Counted from the whole stretch's first letter, positions 37,439 to 50,573 are shown. The stretch is 62,776 nucleotides of DNA, filler included, from Dirinaria sp. TL-2023a (GCA_051941275.1; 35 parts of 35 records of this genome joined end to end with filler, not necessarily neighbours in it); one strand, 5' to 3'. Translations and numbers: made by a program. Notes: generated by a model from the letters alone, not told the origin.

Positions 37439-37999
37439 ATGCCGTCTCCAACCATCATGAAAATCCTCAACAACCATTATCTAGATGCATTGATCCTACT
37501 AGGACTCCTTCTCATCCTCATGATCCTTCTAAACACTCTCTGGCGCAGTATCCACCGGCATACCATCGCTCAACAAACAGTGACCCGCCACGCTACCGGC
37601 CAGGGCCGTATCCCATGTTGCCACTACCTACCACTATCCGCAGCAATGCAGCGTCTCGCAACGGGCCGCGCGGGCCTGAGCGTCCGTTTCCGCGACTACA
37701 TCACCCACTTCATCAATTATATCCGAATGTGGGCTCGGATGAAAAGCACCGGCACCACCAGCGTACCATCACCACGGGAGGAGGAGAGTGGGACTGGGGA
37801 TCAGGGTCAAGGGCAATGGAGCACAGAGCATCGCATCATGCTTGAGAGGGGGGTGGACCCGCAAGCGGTCATCAGGGGCGAGAATGGGGCGGTGGTTGTG
37901 CAGGATTCGAGGAGATATCTTATTTTTGAGGTTGAGGATGCGGAGGAGAGGGATGTGAGGTGGTATGAACTTGCGGAGAGACAGGAGGGGGAGAATTAG
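37439..37999 (+). CDS. Hypothetical protein, 186 aa, one N-terminal TM segment
   Basis: CAAAATG-like start context, hydrophobic ALILLGLLLILMILL, intact ORF. No family recognised. Confidence 0.55.
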   Translation: MPSPTIMKILNNHYLDALILLGLLLILMILLNTLWRSIHRHTIAQQTVTRHATGQGRIPCCHYLPLSAAMQRLATGRAGLSVRFRDYITHFINYIRMWARMKSTGTTSVPSPREEESGTGDQGQGQWSTEHRIMLERGVDPQAVIRGENGAVVVQDSRRYLIFEVEDAEERDVRWYELAERQEGEN

Positions 38000-40900
38000 T
38001 AGGGGGCTTGATCTGGGGTTTGGNNNNNNNNNNNNNNNNNNNNNNNNNNNNNNNNNNNNNNNNNNNNTTAATTAATTAANNNNNNNNNNNNNNNNNNNNN
38101 NNNNNNNNNNNNNNNNNNNNNNNATCTGGGTACTTATATCCCTAGTATGATGTTTTATGATGCGCGATTCAGAAAGAAAATTTTCATGAAGAGAAAAGCT
38201 CACAGGGAGAAGTGATCTAAGATCAGATGCTGACTTTGTACTTTGAGATTTATGTTCATCGATACTGGGTTTCATTTCTCAGCAGCGTTAGGATCAGATA
38301 TTATTAATGTGTCTCGTCGCGAAATTTTTTCTGAATATATTTTTCCTCTTCTGGTGGATTAGATGGTGGATCCAGTATACAAATTATGATCCTTCCCATG
38401 ATTAGACGCATGATTGAACTTCAGTCTTTCGTAATTTTTTTCTAGGTTTTCATCATTGGGGAAAAACATATCGCTAGCTCTGGCAAATACATAGAAAGCA
38501 AGGTTTATATCACGAGCACATCACCCGTATATTAATTCTATCTGGGGACCTTATGGTATTAGATTGTATGGTAGGTCTTATACCTCGTGTTTGGGCGAAG
38601 TGCTGAATTTCAGATTGATTCAAAAAGAGAGAGCTAAATAATAATGAAAAAATGAGTCAGCAGATAGTTTCGGAGAGATCGTATATCTCCTGATGTCACA
38701 AGCGCCTTACGTGAGCGTGATGATGTAGCTAAGGAAGAGAGACATATGAGATGTAAAGCTAGTTTAAGAGTGAACGGGAAGAGGGATAGAGAGGGAGCGG
38801 AGAAAAGTTAAGTTCGAGTGAGACTGAAGACATGAAATTTTGATATAAATCTTATTTCAATATCTCGTCATAACTTCATCGCTTTGTCTCCCTACAAGCT
38901 ATCTTAGATTGCATCAAATATCCGCTCACTGACTGTATGAATCGATTCATCGAAAATATTCCCATCCCCGCCCTCTCCTTTATATCATAGCACCCGTCTA
39001 CATCTCTTGAAACATCATCTCCTTTCCCCCTTTACATTTTATTTGTTTTCCCCATCATGCTCATACCCTTCCAGCACACTGAATGTGTCATCGACATCTC
39101 TACTTAAACAACAAAAACGGGAGAAGCTTCACGCTGGCTGATTACTAGAAGCGAAGCAGAGCGCATCTGCGGACTTAAAATCATTGATGATTTTTTTCTC
39201 ACCAATCATCTCTTCGGGTGAAAGGATCCCGGTGTGTATGAGTTACACCGCGCGATTCCATCACATTTTGTGTGCTCGTACCAAATATATCAGGGCACAT
39301 TAAGACCTTATTTGCAATTAGGTGGTTCAGGCTCTGATAGAGTGTATTTTAAGAGCAACATACAGAAAACAAGCCAAACACTGGGCTTTGGATTCTCCAG
39401 TACAGCTGCACTTTCTTATTTGTGGGCAAGTTGCAAGTAGCGGACCAAACCATTAGCGTTTATGTTTTCAATGTTTTTCCCGATTTTGTCATAGCATCCT
39501 CACTCCCCATCGTCAGCATTAATTCGAAATTCGGATGTTGGAGGGAGAGACTGAGCAATGCGGTATGAAAGACTAAACCTTTCGCTATTTTGAGCATCAT
39601 AGATGGAATTATCTCGTGCATGAGCCTCGTGATCGAAATTGTCACATCAACAATAGCTTTGTCTCTTCAACTCGAATCGATTTCAATTCTAAGCAGACGC
39701 TGTACATAGAATAAATACTTATATACGTGAGAGGACATGGTCAAAAAATCTCATTAGATAGCTCATTAACAGAATAACACAGGGAGGGTCGGATGTGAGA
39801 GTAGGGTGCGAAGAACNNNNNNNNNNNNNNNNNNNNNNNNNNNNNNNNNNNNNNNNNNNNTTAATTAATTAANNNNNNNNNNNNNNNNNNNNNNNNNNNN
39901 NNNNNNNNNNNNNNNNATCCATCCATCGATCGCATTCACATCATCAGCCCCAACATTTCGTAACGACAATAATGACGGTGTGAGATCTCAGACCCCCTTA
40001 GCCTTAGTCTTAGAACCAAGATCCCGCGCATCCCTGACCTATGTACTATATGTACGGTAGACGCAAGTCTTACACGCAGGCAGGCAGGCAGGCTGCAGAA
40101 AACCGAAGCGCTGCTTCGTACCGATCGTACATTAGAAGCGCACCACGCAAAAAGTCGCTTTGACTAAGCGGGGTTGTGAGTGAGAGTGACACGGACATGC
40201 CGCACACACACGCTTTTTTTTTTTCTCTTTATGTAAAGTGATGATATAAGGTGATGTATGTACAGGTGAGGTACATAGAGAATTACGCGAAACAACCTGT
40301 GTCGCTTAGAATCGAGTATGTACGTTGGACATATGTATGTATGTATCTCGCTTCGAATCTCGAGTCTGGAGAGAACTCGCAAATAAATACCTTATGCGAC
40401 TATCGCTTCGCTTCGCTGTACATACATAATACTGTACAGTAAAGTTCTCGCTGAACTTGTGTCAAAAAAAGAATCCATCTGCGTCAAGACTCTTAAAACC
40501 CATTAATATTGACCCAAAAAGCCCCGAGCACACACACCATCGACACACCCAAGCAAAGCCAGCCAGCAAATCCCCCCCCCCAAAAAAAAAACCTTCAATA
40601 TTAATCCAGAGTACTGCCTCAGCGAGTCAGCCGGTTCTCCTTCCTCCTCCTATGTACCTAAAAAGTAAAATCACCCCGCGATCAGTAAGGTAGATACCTG
40701 ACTTAGTTCCACGATCTCCATCACAACTCTCGATACGAATCACCCCAGAAACGCTATGATAGCTTAAATCCTCCACACAATTCAGCCCCCAGCCCCAGAG
40801 ACGTTCAGATCCCCAGAGCCACATGGTTGTCTTGGCCCCCAGATGTATGTAAAAAAACCGTTTGATCGCCGCAGCCCCTGGATGTCGGGGGAATGGGATT

Positions 40901-42093
40901 CAGCCCTCCCCCAGCCCCAGCAGCGCAGCCCCACGTATGTAGACATATGCAAGCAGTACGGAGTAAGCAAGTCAGGTAGGCAGACACCTGAATTTATACA
41001 TATGTATGTACATGACGCCTTTTACGGCCCCCAAAAATGCGACATGCGACATGCTTCCATAATCCTACCTTACCTTACTGTATGTACATTTGTGAGAACT
41101 AAATCCAGTCGCAACGCTTAACTTACTGACTCTAGCAACCCACATAGTCATACATACATTTTTGAAAATAAAAAATAATTGGATAGCATCATCGCAAACA
41201 TTTCCCCCAAATCCTAGGAAGAAGGTTAAGCATCTATTTTGCCCCAAACATTCAAAAACGTGGCATCGCCTGCCCTTGCCCCTGCCCACTAAGGTATGTA
41301 CAGTAGTAGGATTACACACCTACATACCATTACAGTACGTACAGCCCCACGCGCCCCTCCCCCCGGATTTCACCGACACATGGTGACATGGGGGCAATAA
41401 TGTCGGGCGCATTTACTTACCTTAAAAAAATGCTTGTTCAAGGCGAAAGCCGGAGTAAAAATCCAAACCGTCTATGGGGGAAAGGAAAGGATGGGGAAAG
41501 GGGAGGGTATGATGATACTTGGGGAAGGAAAAGACCAATTGGGGATGCCCGCATTCCTTCCGTCCGGATGGGATGGGTGTGGTGGGTGTGGGTTACTGTT
41601 GATNNNNNNNNNNNNNNNNNNNNNNNNNNNNNNNNNNNNNNNNNNNNTTAATTAATTAANNNNNNNNNNNNNNNNNNNNNNNNNNNNNNNNNNNNNNNNN
41701 NNNCATTTGAACACCCGGAACTGATTTGACTTCTACTACTTTAACAAATAAATATTAAGGCGCTCCGAGGAGCCCCTGCCTTGCATCTCTGTCACATGGT
41801 GTACCTACATGATCCCGATTCGAACTAAATGCTGCACATTCCACCTCCAAGATCTCCGTCAATCCCACTCTGCCATTCACTACTTATCCACTTGGGTTGC
41901 ATCTCACCCACAACAACAACAACAACAATAGGCTTTGTCCACATACGAGTACCATCCACCACAAAGGCCTATCGACCACCTCACGTTTCCGACATTGGAA
42001 GCTAACATGCTCGCTTGCATGTTGATGTTGTGTTCGGCATTGGAAAGGTAACTTCGAACTTGACTCATCGTCGTGAAGCTGGGAGACACAATC

Positions 42094-43110
42094 ATGGTTC
42101 CCCGCCAATCCGAGTCGATCGATATACAATCAGTCAAAGAGCCCGGCGTTCTAGACCCAAACACACAGCCATACGAAGCTGCAACAATGGAGAAGCATTC
42201 CCACCAAATCACGGAAACAGAAGTACTTGCATCTCGACCAAGCCTCCCAGAACGTCGAGCCACTTCGCCAGAATCCTCTCAAATCACGCTCCCATCACTT
42301 GTCAAACCTGTACCCACAACACTACCACCACGGCCTCGCAACCACTCTCCTTACACTAGGGGACACATGAGATCAAGATCCTCCAACAGCCCTCTATCCG
42401 CTCCTCAAATGACACGAGCTCACTCGTCCCCTGTACCTGACGCTGGACGTCCCTTCACTGCTGCCATGTCAGCCCGACCTTCGAGCCCACCAGGCGTACT
42501 GGCTCGGCGCCGTAGCCCTCTGCGAAAGCTCCTGGACGACTCATACCCGAGTTACGGTGGCCAAGTCGACATTGGGGAGACGATCTCGGAGGGCCAAGAG
42601 CTGGAACTTACACCCAAGCCCACATCGGAGGCTGAGTTTCCCCAAACCTCTCCGATCCAGCAGACCTTCCCTCGGACTCGCCGCCGGCCGTCATCGCCCC
42701 TGCACCAGTCGATGCAGGTGACTGGCTCGTCGCCACACGCACATGCACTCCGCACCAGCACCTCGTCTCCGTCTCTGGCCGCCGCCAAATTCAACGAGCC
42801 TTACCCTACCAATTACTCCTACGCTTCCTCATCCATCCCCTCCACGCCGACTTCGTTCCGGTCCCGATCGCCCAGCATCTCATCGCTGGAAACGATCCCG
42901 GACTCGCCCGACGCAGAACTAGAGGCGGAGAACATCGCGAAGCTGAAATTAGCGGCCGACAGCGAGGGAGACAGCAGCGAAGGCGAAGAAGGGGTTGTTG
43001 TACGGAGGCGAGGAAGCCTCACGGGCGCAATGCGAGACAAGAAGAGGTGGAGTGTTTGCGGGGCCGAGAGAAGGGGGGATTTGGATCTGGAAACGATCTG
43101 GGAGGATTAA
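42094..43110 (+). CDS. Conserved Ser/Pro-rich Pezizomycotina protein (start could be 42187)
   Basis: Long ORF with SIPSTPTSFRSRSPSISSLETIPDSPDAE and the C-terminus KKRWSVCGAERRGDLDLETIWED. Confidence 0.8.
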   Translation: MVPRQSESIDIQSVKEPGVLDPNTQPYEAATMEKHSHQITETEVLASRPSLPERRATSPESSQITLPSLVKPVPTTLPPRPRNHSPYTRGHMRSRSSNSPLSAPQMTRAHSSPVPDAGRPFTAAMSARPSSPPGVLARRRSPLRKLLDDSYPSYGGQVDIGETISEGQELELTPKPTSEAEFPQTSPIQQTFPRTRRRPSSPLHQSMQVTGSSPHAHALRTSTSSPSLAAAKFNEPYPTNYSYASSSIPSTPTSFRSRSPSISSLETIPDSPDAELEAENIAKLKLAADSEGDSSEGEEGVVVRRRGSLTGAMRDKKRWSVCGAERRGDLDLETIWED

Positions 43111-43178
43111 GTGAATCAAGAACTCGACAAATGGAAACATGGACGCCCATAGATTTGTCTATCAGCACCAAGAATTTC

Positions 43179-43207
43179 GAGCAGGAGCAGGAGCAGGAGC
43201 AGGAGCA
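43179..43207. repeat. (GAGCAG)n microsatellite
   Basis: About 5 units just downstream of the CDS. Confidence 0.9.
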
Positions 43208-45262
43208 TGAGCACACAACAACTACCCCTAGCAGCACGAACGAAGGATATCCCCACAATCCCCCACAAATCAACATACGGTTTCCACAGGCGTGCATTTG
43301 CGTTTTTTTCTTTTATTTTCCTTTGCTACACACACCCCCAGAGAGACACACAAGAGAGCACTGCATACTGTACTTCTTCATTTGNNNNNNNNNNNNNNNN
43401 NNNNNNNNNNNNNNNNNNNNNNNNNNNNTTAATTAATTAANNNNNNNNNNNNNNNNNNNNNNNNNNNNNNNNNNNNNNNNNNNNTGGCTGGAGTGGATCC
43501 ATGGTCCTTTGCATTCTGGGAAGCCTGGAGATGTGGGAAGAGGTTGGGAGGTTGTTGAAGGTTGGCGAGGTTGGTAAACAGATGGCTTGGCGAGGCTGGA
43601 AGATAAGCGAGGCACGCTAATGCCGTTTGGCTTGGCACGCTAGGGTAAGGCACAAGATCGGATTGCCTTATCGGGAATTAGGCCGGTTCCATAAGGCACC
43701 TCAAATCATGACTTGAGGTACATTACTCTACCTTAGCAAGGTACCTACTTATGTACGGAGTACATGTAAATGTACCTAATGCACCATAAATGATGCTAGC
43801 AGCTGTGCTGCGAGTCAACGCGGCCCTCAATGTCGCCGAAATCAGGAACTTGCTCGTCGAAGTTGCCGATACCCACGTTCAGTACAGTGTCTTGCGGGAG
43901 AGACGTACAGTGCTTGCCCTACTCTTGTCCATTGTATGCCGCTAGCTCCAAATTGATGGGTTTACTCAAAGTCTATCAGATAGAGTACCTCACTGTTTTT
44001 CTGCGTATTTAACGATGAAGGAGGGCGGGCTAGATTCACGCTGCGCGGGAGCAATTATAATAGTTGCTGTGGGAGTCGAATACTCAGGATAAGGTACATT
44101 ACGGTTCAATTACCTCTAGTCCACTATCAAAGCCGATGTGCGAGTACACTAGTACTACTGACATACCGACATTGCTCCAATGCAAATACTAAATATAGCT
44201 AGCCATTGTTTCCCTTCTGACGCGAAACCCAGCGTTGAGAAATTCGTCATAATAAAGGTAAACTGTATGGTGTTATTCGTGATGAGATGGCCTACTGGGG
44301 ATAGTGGCTGTCTGGCTGATGCGTTCTTTGCTCTTTTCTATTACCAATGAGTTCATTTCATCCTTTCCGCCAGATGGCTAGCCATGATATATTTATAATG
44401 CTTATTCAAACATCTACACAGGCCACAAGCACCGCAGAAACAACGATCATATCTATTTCACTGGTGGCCTCGACATACTCCGCATCATCCAAGAATACTG
44501 CACATTTCCTTTGATTTGAAGGAGCAATGAGACAATCCCGCGTATTTAGCTACATCCAACCCGGTAAGTTGGCTCTACTTATGAATTTGCTGTTCAGAAA
44601 GTGGTGGACTATAGTGGGGGTAGGATTGATAATTATCCACGATGGATTAACAGAGAAAGAATTCCACTGCCGCCACACCACTCTAATCTCTCAAGTACTG
44701 ATACACTGCCTTTCCCACTGCTCGTTCTCAGCTATTATCTCTTATACTCTCTTTTCTAATACCTTTAACCTTTGACGATATGCCTACTTGACGGTGGCAC
44801 CTCCGCGACAAATCAATCCATCCTCACTTCGTTGATTCGTCTTGGCTTGAAACTTGCACCCTGTCAGTGCAACAGAACTAGATATACTTAATCCTAGGGT
44901 ATCAAAGGGGTCAGATCCAGTACAATGAAAATGAGTAACCAGTGAAGAGAGTGGTGAGGTAGTAGTGAGACCCTAGAGAAAGTATGTCTGTTCCGCATGT
45001 TGCACCTGTCTGTACTTTTTACCTTGGGTCTGCACGCATAACTTACATTGCCTTACCACTAAGTAGGGGCCCGAAATTAGTTTAGCTCCATCCCTCAACG
45101 TTGGGCCTAATCAATTCACTGGTTCTTCCATCTCAACAAACTCACTAGTTCCTTTTGTCACANNNNNNNNNNNNNNNNNNNNNNNNNNNNNNNNNNNNNN
45201 NNNNNNTTAATTAATTAANNNNNNNNNNNNNNNNNNNNNNNNNNNNNNNNNNNNNNNNNNNN

Positions 45263-46817
45263 CTCTTTTCTCTTCAGCAAGCAACATTCTCGAGAATAGA
45301 AAAGTATGTGATTTTATTCCTTCTTTTGTCATCTCGTAACGCTGATTTAATTGAGATATCACAACGTTCGCAAATTCTCTACAAGTCGTCTACGTTCTCT
45401 CGAAAACGAAAACGAGAGCAAGATGAACAAGAAACTGAATATCTCTTTTTTCGAACTCATGATCAACTTTTTTTCAAACAGTCATAGATCTCGTCTTCTA
45501 GTTGCGCTGCTGCGACAGTACTGAAGAAGAAGAAGAAGAAGAAGAAGAAGAAAAAGAAAAAAACGAAAAGTGCGAGTGATATCATCGAGAAGACTGTCAA
45601 TTTTCTTGAGTATTAAACTGTGACACAACGGTGATCAAAGAAACACTTCGAACAAGACAGTTAAATCAAAGAAGATCTTGAACAAAATAACTAATAAAAA
45701 AAACAATTGAATGACTCGACTTCGTTTATCAAATACGTAAAGATGAATAATTTGAGATTATCTTGCCTCATTAAAAAGGCCCCAACCTCGCTCCGTCGAA
45801 AACAATCAGATTCAAGCTTGAGCGAATCTTGCGATCAAACAAACAGAGAGAAAAAGAGTGCTTCCTATCGAATCACACGTTACACCACATTGCTTGAGAG
45901 CAAAGAGAGTTGTATGTATAAATCGAACCCGAGTATTACAAATAAAAATAAAGATCTTTATCAACGACTCCTAAAATCAGAACAGACTGTTCCTAAGAAT
46001 TCATTATTTCGAGATGATTTGTTCAAAAAAACTTGCCGTAAGATAGAAGACAGAAACGAAACGAAAGTAATTTAAAACATTACTTAATTGCTAGTTCCCT
46101 CTGCAGAGACTCTCGCTATTTATGAAGCTATATAACGATGAAGAGTTCATTGTCGAAATCGAACTATTCTGTTGAGTTCCGACGATCCGCTTTTATTAAC
46201 GAGCAGCTCAAGAAACTCGATCTACTCATTGACAGCGTCTTCGACAACTCTTTGTTCGTTGCGACTTATCGAATGTACTTCCCCTTCTTTACTTGCGAGA
46301 TGAAATGCGACGCTGCTGCTCTCGACATTGTCGATCGTCAAAACGCGCACAGTATAACCGTCGTCGTAAAAACTCTTGTCGAACTTTTTGAATTGATAAA
46401 ACGCGAGAAAGAGCTGAGTCGAAAAATTCTCGTCTTTTCCGTTTCGCACGATCATAGTTCGATGAGAATCTATGACCACTACCTCGTGATCGAAGAAAAC
46501 AAGATCACTTTTTATCGTCATTCAATTCACAAGTTCGACTTCACGACTCTAGATGATAAGAAAAAGTAAATCATCTGTAAATTCGTCAAGGATGTGTACG
46601 ATATTTGAATACCAACTCTGCACAAGAGAATCTGCTCGATTATCAATGACTTGTCAGCCGATATTAACTTTGAACTTTCTCAATGTGCTTTTTTCGCCCA
46701 GTCTACAACTCAGAGCTCGCAGCAATCAAATGCTGAGTTTATATTGAGCGAAAAAGACAGTCAGTCGAGGTTTCTGACGTCACAAGAAGTTACACCGAAT
46801 ACATCATTCATCCAAAC
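45263..46817 (+). pseudogene. Hypermutated member of a multicopy fungal family (DUF7924-type)
   Basis: SLFRDDLFKKTCRKIEDRNETKVI*, SKSNYSVEFRRSAF (=PKPDYSVGF), MYFPFFTCEMKCDAAALDIVDRQNAHS, FSVSHDHSSMRIYDHY. Many stops; contains (GAA)n at 45523-45552. Confidence 0.8.
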
Positions 46818-46934
46818 TGTTACGACCCTGGAACACCTAAGTAGTAAGATAGGCACCAAGTCCCTTGACTTGGTTTAGTTAGTCTTTTGGCGCTGCCGGG
46901 ACTTTTACCATTGAGAAACCTATCTAACCAAGGT
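46818..46934. mobile_element. 132-bp LTR family, inverted copy truncated by the contig end
   Basis: Reverse complement of most of 47628-47759 with few differences. Confidence 0.9.
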
Positions 46935-47476
46935 NNNNNNNNNNNNNNNNNNNNNNNNNNNNNNNNNNNNNNNNNNNNTTAATTAATTAANNNNNNNNNN
47001 NNNNNNNNNNNNNNNNNNNNNNNNNNNNNNNNNNTCTCGTTTTTTCACATCGCGACAGTTCGCGCAGTCAGTTGATTACGAGCATCAGCAAACTGATTCT
47101 CGATATTTTTCAGCTGCATTCGCAGCGTGTTTATCTCATCTTCGAGATGACGAGTACGATGATAATTAATATTCGTCGTGATCGAAGTATGATTACGAGA
47201 CGTTCTTCACTGACGAGACAGTTTACGAATCTGCTTCACTCGCTGATCGATTTTTCGTCGAAACGTTCGAGTGAAATTCGTCTCTCATAAAACAAGCAGA
47301 CGCAGACAGATTTTCATCTCGAAGCGATGATCTGCGATAAACTATTCTCGTTAGCGCGAAATTTCAAGCGAAGAAAACGTGCGTCGCTGCTGAGTCAGCG
47401 CGATAAACGCGTCGCTGTACAATCAGCGCAGAGAAAATTTACGTCGATATATCGACGTTGATCATGACGATGCTTC

Positions 47477-48025
47477 TGTAAGGTCGTATGCGTCGGTTAT
47501 CCGCCGGCGCAGTACTTGTGTGAAAGACGTGGCAGTGTAATAGATTATATGACTACCTGATACTGTAGTTTCTGCTAGAACTAATCACTAAGAACTCCTC
47601 TCGAAAGGGTGAGTGATTCTCTATACTTGTCAAAGACCCAACCTTGGTTAGATAGGTTTCCCAATGGTAAAAGTCCCGGCAGCGCCAAAAGACTAACTAA
47701 ACCAAGTCAAAGGACTTGGTGCCTATCTTACTACTTGGTTAGTTTCCAGGGTCGTAACAATACTTAACCGCGAGCGTTAACATTGCCTCACCGTGACGAG
47801 CCTCGCGCTGACGAGTCACGAGCGCTCGTAGACACAATGCTCTATAAGCGTCAATCGCTCACTGACTCCTAGTTAGTCTCGAGATTCAACCTTCCGACGC
47901 TGGCTCCTAGACGGCGCTAGCCATGCTTCAGACCCCGAAGGATTGCCCTTGGGCACCCCCGGCTGCCAAGCGGCGCTAGCCTGCATTGGTCAATATATAC
48001 CAATGTATCAGGTATCACTGTTACA
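47477..48025. mobile_element. Solo LTR of the 412-bp family carrying a nested insertion
   Basis: TGTAAG...GTTACA termini; TSD GCTTC at 47472-47476 and 48026-48030. 549 - 132 - 5 = 412 bp, equal to the copies at 53018 and 53459. Confidence 0.95.
47628..47759. mobile_element. Nested 132-bp solo LTR
   Basis: TGTCA...TAACA termini; TSD ATACT at 47623-47627 and 47760-47764. The empty site CTCTATACTTAATCGCG is seen in the copy at ~53601. Confidence 0.95.
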
Positions 48026-48390
48026 GCTTCTTGCATCAATCGCACGAATCAACGTCTCGAATGCAGTCGCGTTTTCTTAAACACGCGATGCACGAAAAAT
48101 CTTTCTTCTTTATAATTTGTTAGCATCTCGATCTCGCGTCGCAGAGACGTCAGCGTTTACAAATTGATCGAAAAGTCGTCATCTTCAAAAAAAAAAAAAA
48201 GAAGCAGAGAGAGATGTGATAATGTTGATGATAATATTGATGAGCGCTGACTCGCAATCGACGTCAGCAACGCATCTCTTCTTACTCTCAAATTGAGACA
48301 AAACAATACTTACAGATGATGATTGTGATGTTCTCAAAGGAGAACGCTGTTAATAAATCTAATATCAGTGCTTGAAGAGGAGTACTTATC

Positions 48391-48611
48391 TGTTACGAGC
48401 ATGCATCTGGTATACTACCTGGAGCAACACCTCCCAGGGTTCTCAGGGGTAATGCGCTAACCCGATCGGGGTGTTTACCCGACATCCGCACACACGCATA
48501 TATATCCGGGACCCTCTATTGTATCTAGTTTTTCTTCTTCTTCTTTCCTCAGTGATAATATTCTTAATTAATCATATCTGCATTGACCAGAGCTCTGCAT
48601 CGGTTCTAACA
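48391..48611. mobile_element. LTR of the ~215-bp family (inverted copy), followed by a decayed Gypsy RT fragment
   Basis: Reverse-complement homology to 30944-31156. Downstream reads LKKVDIQANIEKCEFYV (=GxQADIxKCEFHV). Confidence 0.85.
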
Positions 48612-50573
48612 ATTTAAATTCTAAAACAACTAAAAAAAGTCGACATTCAAGCGAACATCGAGAAATGTGAATTCTACGTATAAGAAATTAAGTATTTAGA
48701 GTTTATNNNNNNNNNNNNNNNNNNNNNNNNNNNNNNNNNNNNNNNNNNNNTTAATTAATTAANNNNNNNNNNNNNNNNNNNNNNNNNNNNNNNNNNNNNN
48801 NNNNNNGTCTATCGCTATATGGAGAGACAGAAATGGAGTCAGAACAGCGTTCAAACTGAAGCGATAAAGTGAAAAATACGCAGCGTCACCATTTCAAAAG
48901 CAAATAGCGAATACCAGTACGCTAGACTCAGGAAGACGATATGGAACTTCTGCAGATCCACAAAGAAGCAGCCAATAAGAAGGTCTTAGACAGGTTTCTA
49001 CGTTTGATGTGGACAAGATTTGTCACAAGAAAAGCTGAAGCAATACGTATTGGCTCGAGGGGAACTTCTAGATGGGTCTAACCGCCTTAATTTCGCAGTA
49101 GCTTTAGAGACTGCATTCATTTCTCAACAGAACCGTGCTGAGTGGAGTCGGTACTGAAAACTTGGGTTCATATTGACCAAGACAGATCTGGGAGCTATTT
49201 TGTTAGGACTCGTCGGCCGCTGCGCAGTCACGGCAGCTGAAATGGACACCCGATAGCTGGCTGGCAGCATACCGTCGAAGAATTTCGCAAGGCTCCTATG
49301 GCACACTGCATTGTTCTACAGAAATAGAACATATTGTCCCTCATAGTCAACTGAAAACGCTGCACGGCATACTCTCTCCGCCACGAAAACCAAGTTCTGA
49401 AAGCGAAATAAAGACACTGGATGGTAATTGGGTTAAACCACATTTATGGTCTATTCAGCGGTAAAACCTATCAAGTATGTGTGAATTGCGTGCTCCTATG
49501 AACCTCTGCTAAGGTACGAGTACAAGCACTAATTAGTTAATACGAATTTCGTACCGTGTTTGACAAGACATTGAATGGAAAAGAGTTCCAGGGCGCAATG
49601 ATTTACGGATGAGCGCTACATTTTCGACCGCGAGATGAAGAGGAAAGTTCAGAACTTGCGGACCAAGAAGATGAGAAAGAAGGAGATATTTTGGTTTCGC
49701 ATGATGCTTTTGCAAGTTGGAGTTCAGCTTTCATCTGCCTTGATGTAATGACTTGCAATTTTGCTTGCTGAGAATTATGTTTATAAGACACACGCTTTAC
49801 CTGCTCTCTAAGAATACCCACATTGAATTTTTGATAAGCAATACATCCTAATTTCAAAGACATAAAGCTGGCCGGTGGCTGAAATTCGTGGTTTGCGCTG
49901 AATATAAGATCATATATGTTTCCTGGAGCGACAAAAGAATTCGCTTGCAGCATCATCAATGCCAGAACACTAGCCCACTCATCATCTAGACACCAATTTA
50001 TTTCCCGCTCAACGAGTGACAATGCTTGTGAGATCTGAGCACTGATCTTTCGAGAGGATCACGGATTTCACATTAGCCCAGGAGATGAGATTGATCTACG
50101 CTGCTTTGAGGAGCGAGATGTTAGTACCTTGTCCACACATGTCTGGGATTGATATTATCTCCAATGAGGGTCGGCAGTATCTCGTGTCAGGAGCAGTTCA
50201 TGTTAGCATTTCTCTATGCTTTTGTCTCGTTAGATATGAGAGAAGATGGGATTCTTGCGTTGCAGAGGATCGCTGCGAGATGCAAGAGCCGACTCTCATC
50301 GAGCTCATATATCTTAGTTCATTGGTAGCGGAGGAGGAGAAAGCTTTGCGTACATGTATCTGGCATCTGGTCTCGGAATTTAGTTGATCCACGCTAGGGC
50401 GCGGCCCGAGATCCGCTCCAGATCCCTGCGGGTTCACGTCGTCCTCTGCCTGCCTGGACGAACTTCCAATTTCNNNNNNNNNNNNNNNNNNNNNNNNNNN
50501 NNNNNNNNNNNNNNNNNTTAATTAATTAANNNNNNNNNNNNNNNNNNNNNNNNNNNNNNNNNNNNNNNNNNNN

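Noticed and set aside
38124..41603. Many 60-90 aa ORFs in two contigs (similar cases at 1-1734, 3666-5396, 29133-30836 and 43485-45162)
   Set aside because: No recognisable motifs or exon structure; consistent with intergenic or promoter DNA.
32618..46934. Joining the contig ends at 32635 and 46934 through the shared 132-bp LTR
   Set aside because: The implied target-site duplications differ (CAAAC vs TTCTG), so these are independent insertions.
48807..50473. 139-aa and 100-aa ORFs as genes
   Set aside because: No family recognised and the 139-aa ORF has a non-ATG start; could be a decayed gene but cannot be supported without a search.
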